64,000 bases of DNA from positions 192,001 through 256,000 of the forward strand of contig OZ219872.1 of the NCBI GenBank assembly GCA_964291495.2, written 5' to 3'. A program made the position numbers and the translations under genes. The notes below the pieces were generated by a model that saw only the letters and a program-made list of their open reading frames with translations, was not told the DNA's origin and searched no databases. This DNA is from Dehalococcoidia bacterium. GTDB lineage: Bacteria; Chloroflexota; Dehalococcoidia; UBA2979. Positions 1-14,250 of the stretch are shown here, piece by piece. How positions within the stretch are numbered: the first letter of the stretch is position 1; each line of letters opens with the position of its first letter.

Positions 1-588
1 GCCCTGGAGCACGGCGCGCAACGGCTCTCGTTCGAGACGATCGTCGCCGCCGGACCGCACGGCTCGATGGCGCACGCGCGCCCTCGCGACGTCGCCGTCG
101 AGGCCGGACAGGGCGTGGTCATGGACCTCGGCGTGGTCGTCGACGGCTACTGCTCGGACCTGACGCGCACCGTCTTCGCCGGCGAGCCGGATGAGCGCTT
201 CGCGCGGGTGTACGATGCAGTCCTGACCGCGCAGACGATGGCCGTCGAACGAATCGAGGCCGGCATGAGCGGGGCCGAGGCGCACGCCATCGCGGCGACC
301 GTGCTCGCCGAAGCCGGGTACGGCGAAGCCTTCACGCACGGCCTCGGCCACGGCGTCGGCCTCGAGGTCCACGAGGCGCCGCGGCTCGCGGCCGACTCGG
401 GCGACGTGCTCGCCGACGGGCACGTCGTGACGGTCGAGCCGGGGGCCTACTTCCCCGGCTGGGGCGGAGTGCGCATCGAGGATCAGTGCGTGATGGAGGA
501 CGGACGGCTGCGCGTACTCTCGCGCGCGCCGAAACTGGATCTGGAAGTGGGACCGTCGGTTGGGTCCGGAGTGGGGGTGGCCTCGTGA
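1..588 (+). CDS. Xaa-Pro aminopeptidase (M24 family), 5'-truncated by window edge
   Basis: Frame open from base 1; motifs DLG..DGYCSDLTRT, HGLGHGVGLEVHE, TVEPG.Y, GGVRIED; directly upstream of efp. Confidence 0.93.
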   Translation, partial: ALEHGAQRLSFETIVAAGPHGSMAHARPRDVAVEAGQGVVMDLGVVVDGYCSDLTRTVFAGEPDERFARVYDAVLTAQTMAVERIEAGMSGAEAHAIAATVLAEAGYGEAFTHGLGHGVGLEVHEAPRLAADSGDVLADGHVVTVEPGAYFPGWGGVRIEDQCVMEDGRLRVLSRAPKLDLEVGPSVGSGVGVAS

Positions 589-1148
589 TCGGAAGCGGCG
601 ATCTGCGGCGCGGCACGACCGTCGAGGTGGACGGCACGCTCTACCAGGTGGTCGACGCGCACCACATCAAGACCAAGAAGTCGGCCGTCTATCGCGTCAA
701 GATGCGCGACATGCGCGCCGGCCACCAGATCGAGCGCACCTTCAACGCCGGGGAGAAGCTGACCGCCGCGCGCGTTGAGCGCCGCGCGATGCAGTACCTC
801 TACTCCGACGGCGACGCGCTGACCTTCATGAACACCGAGACCTACGACCAGATCGACGTGCCGCGCGCCGTCGTCGACGACCAGCTCCCCTACCTCAAGG
901 AGAACGACGTCGTGCAGGTGCTGACCTACGGCGAGGAGGCGCTCGGCGTCGAGCTGCCGGCCGCCGTCACGCTCGTGATCACCGAGGCCGAGCCCGGCGT
1001 GAAGGGCGACACCGCGACGGGCGCGACGAAGCAAGCGACGCTGGAGACCGGCCTGGTGGTCGACGTGCCGCTGTTCATCAACCGCGGCGACACGATCAAG
1101 GTCTCCACCTCCGGCGGCGGCTACCTCGAACGGACCGCCACCGCCTAG
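585..1148 (+). CDS. efp: Translation elongation factor P
   Basis: GTG start overlapping upstream TGA; MQYLY.DG, FMNTETYDQ, PGVKGDTA, ATLETG, VPLFI motifs. Confidence 0.95.
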   Translation: MIGSGDLRRGTTVEVDGTLYQVVDAHHIKTKKSAVYRVKMRDMRAGHQIERTFNAGEKLTAARVERRAMQYLYSDGDALTFMNTETYDQIDVPRAVVDDQLPYLKENDVVQVLTYGEEALGVELPAAVTLVITEAEPGVKGDTATGATKQATLETGLVVDVPLFINRGDTIKVSTSGGGYLERTATA

Positions 1149-1207
1149 CAGCGCTCCCCGACTGGTTCCTCCCCGGACTAGTTCTCCCCGGAAGGCGCGC
1201 CAGCACG

Positions 1208-2413
1208 ATGCCACCCGAGGTCTACCCGGTCCGCCAGGTCACCCGTTACCTGCGCGAGCTGATCGAGGTCAACCGCCACCTCTCGCAGATCTGGGTCGCC
1301 GGCGAGGTGCGCAACCTCACGGCGGCGTCCTCGGGGCACATCTACTTCACGCTCAGCGACGAGCAGGCGCGCGCCGGGCTGCGCTGCGCCTTCTTCCGCC
1401 AGCGCAACATCGGCCAGCGCGAGCGGATCGCCGAGGGCGTCTCGGTCGTCGTCTACGGCTCACTCTCCGTCTACGAGCCGCGCGGCGAGCTGTCCTTCAT
1501 CGTCGACTTCGTCCAGCCCGAGGGCACCGGGGCGCAGGCCGCGGAGTTCGAGCGGCTGCGCGCGCTGTTCGAGGCGGACGGCCTGCTCGCGCCGGAGCGC
1601 AAGCGCGCGCTGCCCCCCTTCCCGCAGCGCATCGGCGTCGTCACCTCGGCCGCCGGCGCGGTGCTGCACGACGTGCTCGACGTGCTGCGCCGCCGCTGGC
1701 CGATCGCCGAGGTGATCGTGCAGCCGACGCAGGTGCAGGGCGAAGGCGCGGGCGCGCTGATCGCCGAGGCGCTGCGCGCCCTCGGCGAGCGGGCGACGCC
1801 GCAGCGGCGGCCGGACGTGATCATCCTCGCGCGCGGCGGCGGGGCGGCCGACGACCTGCAGGCCTTCAACGAGGAACCCGTCGGCCGCGCGATCTTCGCC
1901 TCGCCCGTGCCTGTCGTCTCCGCCGTCGGGCACGAGACCGACACCACCCTCGCCGATCTCGTCGCCGATCTGCGCGCGCCCACCCCCTCGGCCGCCGCCG
2001 AGTTGGTCGCCCCCGACCGCAGCGAGGTCGCCCAGCGCATCGATGCGATCTCGCGTCGCGGCGAGGCGCGGCTGGCCCGCCTGCTGCGCGACGCCCTCGA
2101 ACGAATCGGCGGGCAGCGAGCGGCGCTCGAGGCAGCGCTGCCGGACCTCGCCGCGACGCGGCGCGAGCTCGACTGGCACGAGGCGGCGTGCGCGCGCGCC
2201 CTCGACGAGCGGATCGGCCTCGCGCGGGAGCGCACGGCGGCGCTCGCCGGGCGGCTCGGCGCACTCTCGCCGCAGGCCACGCTGGAGCGCGGCTACGCCG
2301 TCGTCGAGCGCGCCGACGGCACGCTCGCGACCTCGGCGGCGGCCCTGCGGCGCGGCGAGGCGGTAGCATTGCGCCTGCGCGACGGCCTCCGCGGCGCGCG
2401 CATCGAGGACTGA
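1208..2413 (+). CDS. xseA: Exodeoxyribonuclease VII large subunit
   Basis: SGHIYFTL, RIGVVTS..GA, ARGGG, SAVGHETD, ADLRAPTPSAAAE, L.RGYA motifs. Confidence 0.96.
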   Translation: MPPEVYPVRQVTRYLRELIEVNRHLSQIWVAGEVRNLTAASSGHIYFTLSDEQARAGLRCAFFRQRNIGQRERIAEGVSVVVYGSLSVYEPRGELSFIVDFVQPEGTGAQAAEFERLRALFEADGLLAPERKRALPPFPQRIGVVTSAAGAVLHDVLDVLRRRWPIAEVIVQPTQVQGEGAGALIAEALRALGERATPQRRPDVIILARGGGAADDLQAFNEEPVGRAIFASPVPVVSAVGHETDTTLADLVADLRAPTPSAAAELVAPDRSEVAQRIDAISRRGEARLARLLRDALERIGGQRAALEAALPDLAATRRELDWHEAACARALDERIGLARERTAALAGRLGALSPQATLERGYAVVERADGTLATSAAALRRGEAVALRLRDGLRGARIED

Positions 2414-2439
2414 CGGGGCTCGGGCGACGGCCGCCCGCT

Positions 2440-2546
2440 CCCTCCCCTCCGGCCCCCTCTCCCCGAGGGAGAGGGCGGGGGGTGAGGGCGGTCCCCTCCC
2501 CTCCGGCCCCCTCTCCCCTGGCGGGAGAGGGCGGGGGTGAGGGGGT
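2440..2546. repeat. Two tandem REP-like palindromes (CCCTCTCCCC..GGGAGAGGG..GGGGTGAGGG)
   Basis: Two near-identical ~50-nt units between xseA and xseB; reverse orientation of the element at 7551 and 62.7-63.6 kb. Confidence 0.85.
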
Positions 2547-2580
2547 TCCCACCGAGCGAAGAGAGCAACGAAAGGGCAAC

Positions 2581-2832
2581 ATGGCGCAAGCCGAATTCCC
2601 GGACGAACCCGCCCCCGGCGACGACGCCACGAGCGACTCCTTCGAGGCCCTGTTCGCGCGCCTCGAGGAGGTCACCGAGCAGCTCGAAGCCGGCGATGTC
2701 GCCCTCGATCGCGCCGTCGCGCTCTACGAGGAAGGCATGACCCTCGCCCAGCGCTGCCAGCGCCTGCTCAGCGAGGCCGAGCAGCGCATCGAGCAGCTGC
2801 GCGAGGCCTACGACGGCGCGGGGGCCCAGTGA
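2581..2832 (+). CDS. xseB: Exodeoxyribonuclease VII small subunit
   Basis: SFEALFARLEEVTEQLEAGDVALDRAVALYEEGMTLAQRCQRLLSEAEQRI. Confidence 0.95.
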   Translation: MAQAEFPDEPAPGDDATSDSFEALFARLEEVTEQLEAGDVALDRAVALYEEGMTLAQRCQRLLSEAEQRIEQLREAYDGAGAQ

Positions 2833-2845
2833 TAGCGAGGCACCC

Positions 2846-3658
2846 GTGACGCTGCGCATCGGCTGGTTCACGACGGCGCGCGGCCCCGGCTCGCGCGCGA
2901 TGTTCGAGGCCGTGCGCGCCGCCATCGACGCCGGCGCGATGGACGCCGAGCTGGCCTTCGTCTTCTGCAACCGCGAGCGCGGCGAGGCCGAGGCGACCGA
3001 CTCCTTCTTCGACCTCGTCGCCGAGGGCGGCACGCCGCTGGTCGCGCGCTCCTCGGTCCACTACCGGCGCGAGGTCGGCGGGAAGCTCTCGCGGCCGGGC
3101 GAGCCGCTGCCGGCCTGGCGGCTGGAGTACGACCGGCTGGTGGACGAGGACCTGGAGGCGCACCCCTTCGAGATCGGGATGCTGGCCGGCTACATGCTGA
3201 TCCTCGAGCGCGAGTTCGTCGCGCGGCACGCGGTGCTGAACCTACACCCGGCGCTGCCGACCGGCCCGGCGGGCATGTGGCAGGCCGTGATCCGCCAGCT
3301 GATCCGCGAGGGCGCGGAGGAGAGCGGCGTGATGCTGCACCGCGCCATCGCCGAGGTAGATGAAGGCCCGGTGGTCGCCTACTGCCGCTACCCGCTGCGC
3401 GACCCGGAGCTCGAAGCGCTGCGCGAGCGCCTGCCCGGCCCGCCCGCCGAGCTCGACGACGCCACCCTCGACGGCTCCGAGTTGTTCGCCGCGATCCGCG
3501 CCCGCGGGGTCGCCCGCGAGGCCCCGCTCGTCGTCGCCACCCTCGCCGAGTTCGCCGCCGCCCGCCGCCGCGTCGAGGGCCCGCTCATCCTCGACCCCAC
3601 CGGCGCCCGCGCCGAACCCGCGGACCTGACGTCGGAGGTGGACGCGCAGTTGGGGTAG
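2846..3658 (+). CDS. purN: Phosphoribosylglycinamide formyltransferase (PurN-like)
   Basis: LAGYMLIL, LNLHPALP, SGVMLH....VDEGPVV formyltransferase motifs. Confidence 0.8.
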   Translation: MTLRIGWFTTARGPGSRAMFEAVRAAIDAGAMDAELAFVFCNRERGEAEATDSFFDLVAEGGTPLVARSSVHYRREVGGKLSRPGEPLPAWRLEYDRLVDEDLEAHPFEIGMLAGYMLILEREFVARHAVLNLHPALPTGPAGMWQAVIRQLIREGAEESGVMLHRAIAEVDEGPVVAYCRYPLRDPELEALRERLPGPPAELDDATLDGSELFAAIRARGVAREAPLVVATLAEFAAARRRVEGPLILDPTGARAEPADLTSEVDAQLG

Positions 3659-3742
3659 GGGCGGGGAATGCAAGAGCCAAGCCGTCTGAACGCGGTGCAC
3701 GAAGTACGCGTGGTGGCGGAGCGCTGACTATGCTCGCGCGCG

Positions 3743-4675
3743 ATGAGCACACATCGCTGGACGCCGCCCGACTTTAGCGACCTCGACGCACTCGCCGCGG
3801 CGCTCGACCGCGCCTGCCCTGCTGCTGCTCCGGTCCGCGAGTTGCGCATCCTCGGCGAGGGTTACTTCAGCGTCGCGGTCGCCTCCGCGTCCGGTTACGT
3901 CTTTCGGCTCGGCACGAGCCCCGATGTCACCGCGCGCTACCGGAAGGAGTGGACCGTCCTCCCGTGGCTGGCGACCAAACAGCTACCGATCGCGACCCCC
4001 GAGCCATGCTGTCTGCTCGGCGACGGAGACCCGTTTCCTTACGGTGGCATCGCCTACCCGCTGCTCGCCGGCCGGGTGCTGCGCCCGGCCACCCTCGCCC
4101 GCTCGGACCGCCCGGCGCTGGCGCAGCAGATCGCTGCATTCAACCTCGCGATGCATCGACTCTCGATCGACGAGGGTCGCGCCGCCGGTCTGCCGGACGG
4201 GCGCGAAACAGACCGGCGCTGGCTAGAGGCATACCGCGAGGCATCGGTCGACGCCCTCCGCGAGGTGCTCGACCGGGTCGAGCACACGACGCTGGTTCGG
4301 TGGTGGGAGGCTGCGCTCGCCGATCGGCGAATCGCCGACTACCAACCGGTGGTCGTCCACGGTGATGTCGGGGAGGAGAATCTCCTCGTGGACGACCAGG
4401 GCCGGCTCGTGGCTGCGGTGGACTTCGAGCACGCCGCTGTGGGCGACCCGATTCACGACTTCCGCCAACTCCGCTACCTCGACGAGGCCTTCATGGAGGA
4501 GGTCATCGCCGCGTACGTGGCGCTGGGCGGGCAGATCGACGCTGGGTTCCGCTACCGCGTGGAGCGGGAGCGCCAGTTTGCCGCGTTCGGCTCCATCCAC
4601 CGCGCGTGGGGTCGGGGCGAGCGCGACGCGATCGACCGTGCCCCGGCTCGGCTCCGAGCGCTCGGCGTCATCTAG
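3743..4675 (+). CDS. Aminoglycoside phosphotransferase (APH/kinase-like) family protein
   Basis: LGEGYFS, HGDVGEENLL, AVDFEHAAVGDP motifs. Confidence 0.85.
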   Translation: MSTHRWTPPDFSDLDALAAALDRACPAAAPVRELRILGEGYFSVAVASASGYVFRLGTSPDVTARYRKEWTVLPWLATKQLPIATPEPCCLLGDGDPFPYGGIAYPLLAGRVLRPATLARSDRPALAQQIAAFNLAMHRLSIDEGRAAGLPDGRETDRRWLEAYREASVDALREVLDRVEHTTLVRWWEAALADRRIADYQPVVVHGDVGEENLLVDDQGRLVAAVDFEHAAVGDPIHDFRQLRYLDEAFMEEVIAAYVALGGQIDAGFRYRVERERQFAAFGSIHRAWGRGERDAIDRAPARLRALGVI

Positions 4676-4766
4676 TCACCGACCGCCCGTCAGCACCTAG
4701 TCCCCCGGAACTAGCCGCACCCGCGGGTGCGCGCTAGGCTGGCGGCATCCCCACTGGAGGCAGCGC

Positions 4767-5057
4767 ATGGCCGAACGTTATCTGCCGGTGCCGACGCGCC
4801 GAGGGCGGGTCGTGCGGCGGGGCGCGGGGCTGCCGGCGCGCGTCGTGAACCTCGTGCCGGCGCGGGTCGTGCCAGTGCTACAACGCTCGCTGCTCGTCGC
4901 GGGGGCGGCGCTCGCCGCCGAGTACGCGTTGCGCGCCGTAGTCGGCGGCACGCTGCTGCGGGTGCTCTCGCCCTTCCGCTCCGGCGCGATCTCGCGCACC
5001 GAAATCACGGACTGGCTCATCGTGGAGCGCTTCCGCCGCCGGGGCGAGGACGGGTAA
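4767..5057 (+). CDS. Hypothetical protein with hydrophobic segment
   Basis: GGAGG RBS before ATG; fills gap before pseudouridine synthase. Confidence 0.6.
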   Translation: MAERYLPVPTRRGRVVRRGAGLPARVVNLVPARVVPVLQRSLLVAGAALAAEYALRAVVGGTLLRVLSPFRSGAISRTEITDWLIVERFRRRGEDG

Positions 5058-5068
5058 GCCGCCCGCCC

Positions 5069-5797
5069 GTGCCCGAGGAACGGCTCCAGAAGATCCTCGC
5101 GCGCCACGGCCTCGGCAGCCGCCGCTCCGTCGAGCAGCTGATCCGCGAGGGCCGCGTGCACGTCGACGGCGCCGTCGCCGAGCTCGGCCGGCGCGCCGAC
5201 CCCGCCGCCAGCCTCGTCACCGTCGACGGCGCGCCGCTGCCCCCGCTCCCGCCCGAGCTGACGCTGCTGCTGCACAAGCCGCGAGGCGTCCTCGTGACCG
5301 CCTCGGACGAGCGCGGCCGCACGACGGTCTTCGACCTGCTCGACGACCCGCCGGCGAGCCTGCGCCACGTCGGGCGGCTCGACCGCGACAGCGAGGGCCT
5401 GCTGCTGCTCACCACCCGCGGCGAGCTGGCGCACCGCCTGATGCACCCGCGCCACCGCGTCGACAAGACGTACGAGGCGCTCGTCGAGGGCGTCCCGGAC
5501 GCCTCGGCGCTGGTCCTCCTGCGCGAGGGCGTCGAGCTGGACGACGGCCCGACCGCGCCCGCCGGGGCGGAGCTGCTGCGCCGCGACGGCCGCGGCGCCT
5601 GGCTGCGCCTGGTGCTGCACGAGGGCCGCAAGCGCCAGCTGCGGCGCATGCTCGACGCCGTCGGGCACCCGGTGCGGCGGCTGATCCGCACCGGCGTCGG
5701 CGGCATCGCGCTCGGCGACCTCCCGGCGGGCGCCTCGCGGCCGCTCGACGCGGCCGAGGAGCGCGCGCTGCTCGCGCTCGTCGGCCTCGGCGAGTAG
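5069..5797 (+). CDS. rluB: rRNA pseudouridine synthase (RluB/RsuA family)
   Basis: ERLQKILA..G.GSRR S4 domain; GRLDRDSEGLLLLT; EGRKRQLRRM; GTG start. Confidence 0.9.
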   Translation: MPEERLQKILARHGLGSRRSVEQLIREGRVHVDGAVAELGRRADPAASLVTVDGAPLPPLPPELTLLLHKPRGVLVTASDERGRTTVFDLLDDPPASLRHVGRLDRDSEGLLLLTTRGELAHRLMHPRHRVDKTYEALVEGVPDASALVLLREGVELDDGPTAPAGAELLRRDGRGAWLRLVLHEGRKRQLRRMLDAVGHPVRRLIRTGVGGIALGDLPAGASRPLDAAEERALLALVGLGE

Positions 5798-5863
5798 CCC
5801 GCCGACGCTGGACGCCCGCCGGACCGCGTCCATATCATCGCGGCGCGAGCCGCGGACGCCTCG

Positions 5864-6634
5864 ATGGCGACGGGCAGCGCGGGGACGGAGGCACGCCCGA
5901 TCGCTGCCCAATCCCCTACCCCGTCCCCTCCCGAGACCTCGAGCGAGTCGGTCGCGCGCAGCCTCGCGCTCGACGGGCCGACCGCCTCGGGCAAGAGCGC
6001 CGTGGGCCGCGCGCTCGCCGCGCGACTCGGCTTCGGCTTCCTCGACACCGGCATGATGTACCGCGCCTGCACGCGCGCCGTTCTCGACGCAGGGATCGAC
6101 GCCGACGACCCCGCCGCCGTGATCGACCGCGTCCGAACGGCAGACCTCGACGTCACGTGGCCGGCGGACCCGGCGACGCCTCGCGTCTCGGTCGACGGCG
6201 CAGACGTGACCGAGGGCCTGCGCGAGCCGGCGATCGAGGCCAGCGTCTCGCTGATCTCGCGCGTGCCCGAGGTGCGCGACGAGATGGTGCGCCTGCAGCG
6301 CGCGGTCGCCGAGCGCAGCCCGGTCGTGATGGCCGGGCGCGACATCGGCACGCGCGTGCTCACCGACGCGCGCGCGAAGATCTTCCTCGCCGCCTCGATC
6401 GAGGTGCGAGCCCGCCGCCGCCTCTCCGAGGAACTCGCCGCCGGGCGCGAGACGGACCTCGAGCGCGTGATCGAGGAGACCGCGCGCCGCGACGGCCTCG
6501 ACCAGACCGGCAAGCGCGCGATCCACCCCGAGCAGGCCGCGCCGGACGCGGTCATCCTCGATACGGACGCACTCGACATCGACGAGGTCGTGGCGCGCGC
6601 CCTCGCGGCCTACGAGCGGGCGAACGCCTCGTGA
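5864..6634 (+). CDS. cmk: Cytidylate kinase
   Basis: ALDGPTASGKS, LDTGMMYRA, GRDIGT.V motifs. Confidence 0.95.
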   Translation: MATGSAGTEARPIAAQSPTPSPPETSSESVARSLALDGPTASGKSAVGRALAARLGFGFLDTGMMYRACTRAVLDAGIDADDPAAVIDRVRTADLDVTWPADPATPRVSVDGADVTEGLREPAIEASVSLISRVPEVRDEMVRLQRAVAERSPVVMAGRDIGTRVLTDARAKIFLAASIEVRARRRLSEELAAGRETDLERVIEETARRDGLDQTGKRAIHPEQAAPDAVILDTDALDIDEVVARALAAYERANAS

Positions 6635-7332
6635 TGGGCTGGCTGTGGGGTCGCTTCTCGATCTTCGCGTACTGGATCGCGACGAGCGCCATCTACTGGT
6701 TCATCCGCACCTTCGCCCGCCTGGAGGTGGTCGACGCCTCGAACGTGCCGGCCGAGGGCCGCGTGCTGATCGTCGCGAACCACCTCAGCAACTTCGACCC
6801 GGTGCTGGTCGCCGCCTGCTCGCCGCGGCGGGTGCGGACGATGGCGAAGCGCGAGATGTTCGAGACGCCGTTGGTCGGCTGGACGGTCTGGGCCTACGGC
6901 GCCTTCCCGGTGCGGCGTCACTCCGCCGACATGGGCGCGCTGCGGGTGGGGCGCAACCACCTGGTGGCAGGCCGCGCCGTGCTCGTCTTCCCCGAGGGCA
7001 CGCGAGCGCCCGAGCGATCGCTGATCCCCGCCCTGCCCGGCTCGGCGATGCTCGCGCTGCTCGGCGACGCGCCCGTCGTGCCCGTCGCCGTGACCGGCAC
7101 CGAGAGGCTGAGCGGGCCCGGCGCCATCCTCGGCGGGCTGTTGCGCGGGCGGCCAACGGTGCGCGTGCGCTTCGGCGAGCCGTTCTCGCTCGGCGACGGC
7201 GCGACGACCGCCAGCCGCGCCGAGGAGGCGACGGACCTGCTGATGCGCCACATCGCCGCGCTGCTGCCGGAGGGCTACCGCGGGGCCTACGGCGCGGGCA
7301 GCGAGGGCCAGCTCGTCGTCTCCCGCCAGTAG
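6634..7332 (+). CDS. plsC: 1-acyl-sn-glycerol-3-phosphate acyltransferase
   Basis: NHLSNFD and FPEGTR motifs; start overlaps cmk stop. Confidence 0.9.
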   Translation: MGWLWGRFSIFAYWIATSAIYWFIRTFARLEVVDASNVPAEGRVLIVANHLSNFDPVLVAACSPRRVRTMAKREMFETPLVGWTVWAYGAFPVRRHSADMGALRVGRNHLVAGRAVLVFPEGTRAPERSLIPALPGSAMLALLGDAPVVPVAVTGTERLSGPGAILGGLLRGRPTVRVRFGEPFSLGDGATTASRAEEATDLLMRHIAALLPEGYRGAYGAGSEGQLVVSRQ

Positions 7333-7367
7333 CGAGCTTCGCGTAACCCTCTCCTCGGGGCAGCGAG

Positions 7368-7592
7368 CGCATCCCTTCCGGTCCCCTCTCTCCGAGGGGA
7401 GAGGGGACCGGAGGGGTGGTTCTCCAACCCCGTCATTCCGGCGAAAGCCGGAATCCAGCCGAGCCGCGCAGCGCGCTCGTCCGACGCCCGTGGGGCCGGA
7501 GCTCTCGGGGGCGCAACAACCGATCGAGGTGGGGAGCATCCGCGGGCGAGCCCCCTCACCCCCGCCCTCTCCCCGGGGAGAGGGGGCCGGAT
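7368..7592. repeat. Composite palindromic repeat unit (diverged copy of the 62.7-63.6 kb array)
   Basis: Long hairpin 7368-7415; CGTCATTCCGGCGAAAGCCGGAATCCAG at 7431-7458; CCCCCTCACCCCC..CCCTCTCCCC.GGGAGAGGGGGCCGGA at ~7551-7591. Confidence 0.85.
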
Positions 7593-7803
7593 CGGGCTTG
7601 TGGGAGTTTCGCAACGGTCTACAGTAGCGGGAGGCAGAGGGGCGTACCCGGCCGCTCCGCCTCGTGGCGAGTGTTGGGCGGGGACGGCCTATACTGCGTA
7701 CAGAGTGCGGGGGCTGCGCGAGCCCGTTGCGGCGCGCGTCTCTCGTATTCCCGTGAGCTCTTCCCCTGCGCGCGCGACGCCGACGCGCCCGCGAGAGGCA
7801 ACC

Positions 7804-10518
<2,715 letters not shown>

Positions 10519-10534
10519 CGCGCGCCTCGAGGCC

Positions 10535-10705
10535 TCAGAACGCCAGCCAGGCGAGGACGGCCGTCGCGGCGGCGACGGCGAGGCCGGTGACCGTCACGGC
10601 CGCGCTCTCCAGCGTGACCGGCCCCAGATAGAGCAGCGGGAAGCTGACGATCGTCCCGAGGAGGACGACGTGGCGCAGCTTCTGCTTCGTCGCGTCCGGC
10701 AGCAC
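10535..10705 (-). CDS. Small (56 aa) two-helix membrane protein
   Basis: GTG 2 nt after the permease stop; MLPDATKQKLRHVVLLGTIVSFPLLYLGPVTLESAAVTVTGLAVAAATAVLAWLAF. Confidence 0.55.
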   Translation of the reverse strand: MLPDATKQKLRHVVLLGTIVSFPLLYLGPVTLESAAVTVTGLAVAAATAVLAWLAF

Positions 10706-10707
10706 GG

Positions 10708-12303
10708 CTACCTCGACAGTCCCGGCAACAGCTCGATGATGATGATCGCCTCGATGCCCACGAGCAGCACGAGCAGCAGGATGTAGGGAATCACGAGCCG
10801 GAAGATCTGCCGCTCGCTGCCCGCGAGGCCGACGACGGCGGCCCCGACGAGCACCTTCGCCGGCGCCATCGGGCTGCCGACCGAGGCGCCGATCGACTGG
10901 ATGCTCGCGATTGTCACGCCGCCGATGTCGAGCGCCCGCGCGGTCTCCAGCTGGAGCAGGCCGAACATCACGTTGGAGTTCGTGTTGCTCCCGCTCATGA
11001 ACGAGCCGAGCAGGCCGATGAACGGCGAGACGAGCGGGAAGACCGGCCCCGAGGCGTCGGCGATGCCCCGCGCCAGCAGCACCGTCATCCCGGAGTCGGC
11101 CATGACGACGGCCATCATCACCATCGTCGCGACGCCGATCGTGGTGCCGAGGCACTGCGAGTAGGTGAGCGTCGCCGCCTCCCAGGCGACGCCGCGCCGC
11201 CAGCGTCCGGCGAGGACGTAGAGGACGGCGCTGATCGCCACGGAGAAGGCGATCAGCGGGGCCGGGTGATTGAGCAACCGGATCGGCGCGTAGTCGTCGA
11301 CGGTCGGGACGGCGAAGCCCTCGGCGGTCACGAAGCCGGGGTAGTCGAGCGCCCACCTGAGGTCGGCGACGGCCTCCTTGATCGGGCCGATCTGCGAGAT
11401 CACGCTCAGCGTGATCAGCAGCAGGTACGGCATGAACGCCAGCCAGAACGGCAGCGACTCGCCCTCGTCGCCGTCCGGCTCCGCGGGCGCCTTCGGAGAG
11501 TCGGGCTCACCTCGGAACAGCGGTGTGCGAGCCACGAGGGCGATCGCCACCATGCCCAGCACGGCCGGGACGCTCGAGGCGATCTGCGGCGCGCCGGCGA
11601 GGGCGAGCAGGTACATCCCCGCCGCCATCACCGCACCCGCGACGATCACGACCGGCAGGCTGCGCCTCACGGCGTCCAGCCCGCCCTGGATGTGGGCGAC
11701 GAGCGCGCCGCTGACGACGATCACCGGCGCGAACAGCAGCGCCATGTGCGGGGCGATCACGTCGCCCTCGATGCCGGTTACGAGCTGGATCGTGTAGTAG
11801 GACGAGCCCATCGAGCCGAAGGTGACGGCCCAGCCGTGGCCGACGAGCGCCATGCCCGCCGCCCTCGCGGGCGAGAAGCCGAGCATGATCAGCAGCGGCG
11901 CGGCCACGGCGATCGGTACGCCGAAGCCGGTGATGCCCTGGATGAAGCTCGAGAAGCCCCAGCCGATCAGCAGCGCCTGGGTGAGGCGGTCCTCGGCCAG
12001 CCGGGCCATCGCGCGGCCGATCGCGTCGATGCCCCTCAGCCTGTCGACGAGGTTGAACATGTAGACCGACGCCCAGACGATCGTGAGCACGAACAGCGCC
12101 AGGCTGAGGCCCTTCGCGCTGGCGATCGCCACGTGGTCGCGCGCCGCCCCGAAGACCGCGAGGCCGAGCGCCATTGCCAGCACCCAGGCCGCCGCCCCCG
12201 CTCGGGGCGCGCTCCAGTCGAGGGCGAGAATCGTCACCACCAGCAGGGCCACGGGCGCCAGGGCCAGCAGCCAGTTGGCAATCGTGAGTTCGGGACCAGT
12301 CAC
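10708..12303 (-). CDS. lctP: L-lactate permease family transporter
   Basis: Many TM helices; F.QGITGFGVPIAV and G.FMSGSNTNSNVMFG.LQ motifs. Confidence 0.88.
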   Translation of the reverse strand: MTGPELTIANWLLALAPVALLVVTILALDWSAPRAGAAAWVLAMALGLAVFGAARDHVAIASAKGLSLALFVLTIVWASVYMFNLVDRLRGIDAIGRAMARLAEDRLTQALLIGWGFSSFIQGITGFGVPIAVAAPLLIMLGFSPARAAGMALVGHGWAVTFGSMGSSYYTIQLVTGIEGDVIAPHMALLFAPVIVVSGALVAHIQGGLDAVRRSLPVVIVAGAVMAAGMYLLALAGAPQIASSVPAVLGMVAIALVARTPLFRGEPDSPKAPAEPDGDEGESLPFWLAFMPYLLLITLSVISQIGPIKEAVADLRWALDYPGFVTAEGFAVPTVDDYAPIRLLNHPAPLIAFSVAISAVLYVLAGRWRRGVAWEAATLTYSQCLGTTIGVATMVMMAVVMADSGMTVLLARGIADASGPVFPLVSPFIGLLGSFMSGSNTNSNVMFGLLQLETARALDIGGVTIASIQSIGASVGSPMAPAKVLVGAAVVGLAGSERQIFRLVIPYILLLVLLVGIEAIIIIELLPGLSR

Positions 12304-12396
12304 GAGCAGCGTCCCCGCCGTTCCGTCAGCAGTGTCGCTCGCGGGCTATGCGCCCGGCCAATCCGCCCCGAGCATCGCCCAGCGAGCGGTGTCGGG

Positions 12397-14250
<1,854 letters not shown>

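Noticed and set aside
1153-1195. Short imperfect repeats (TCCCCG(G)ACT(A/G)GTTC) after efp
   Set aside because: Only two to three degenerate copies with no clear structure or function
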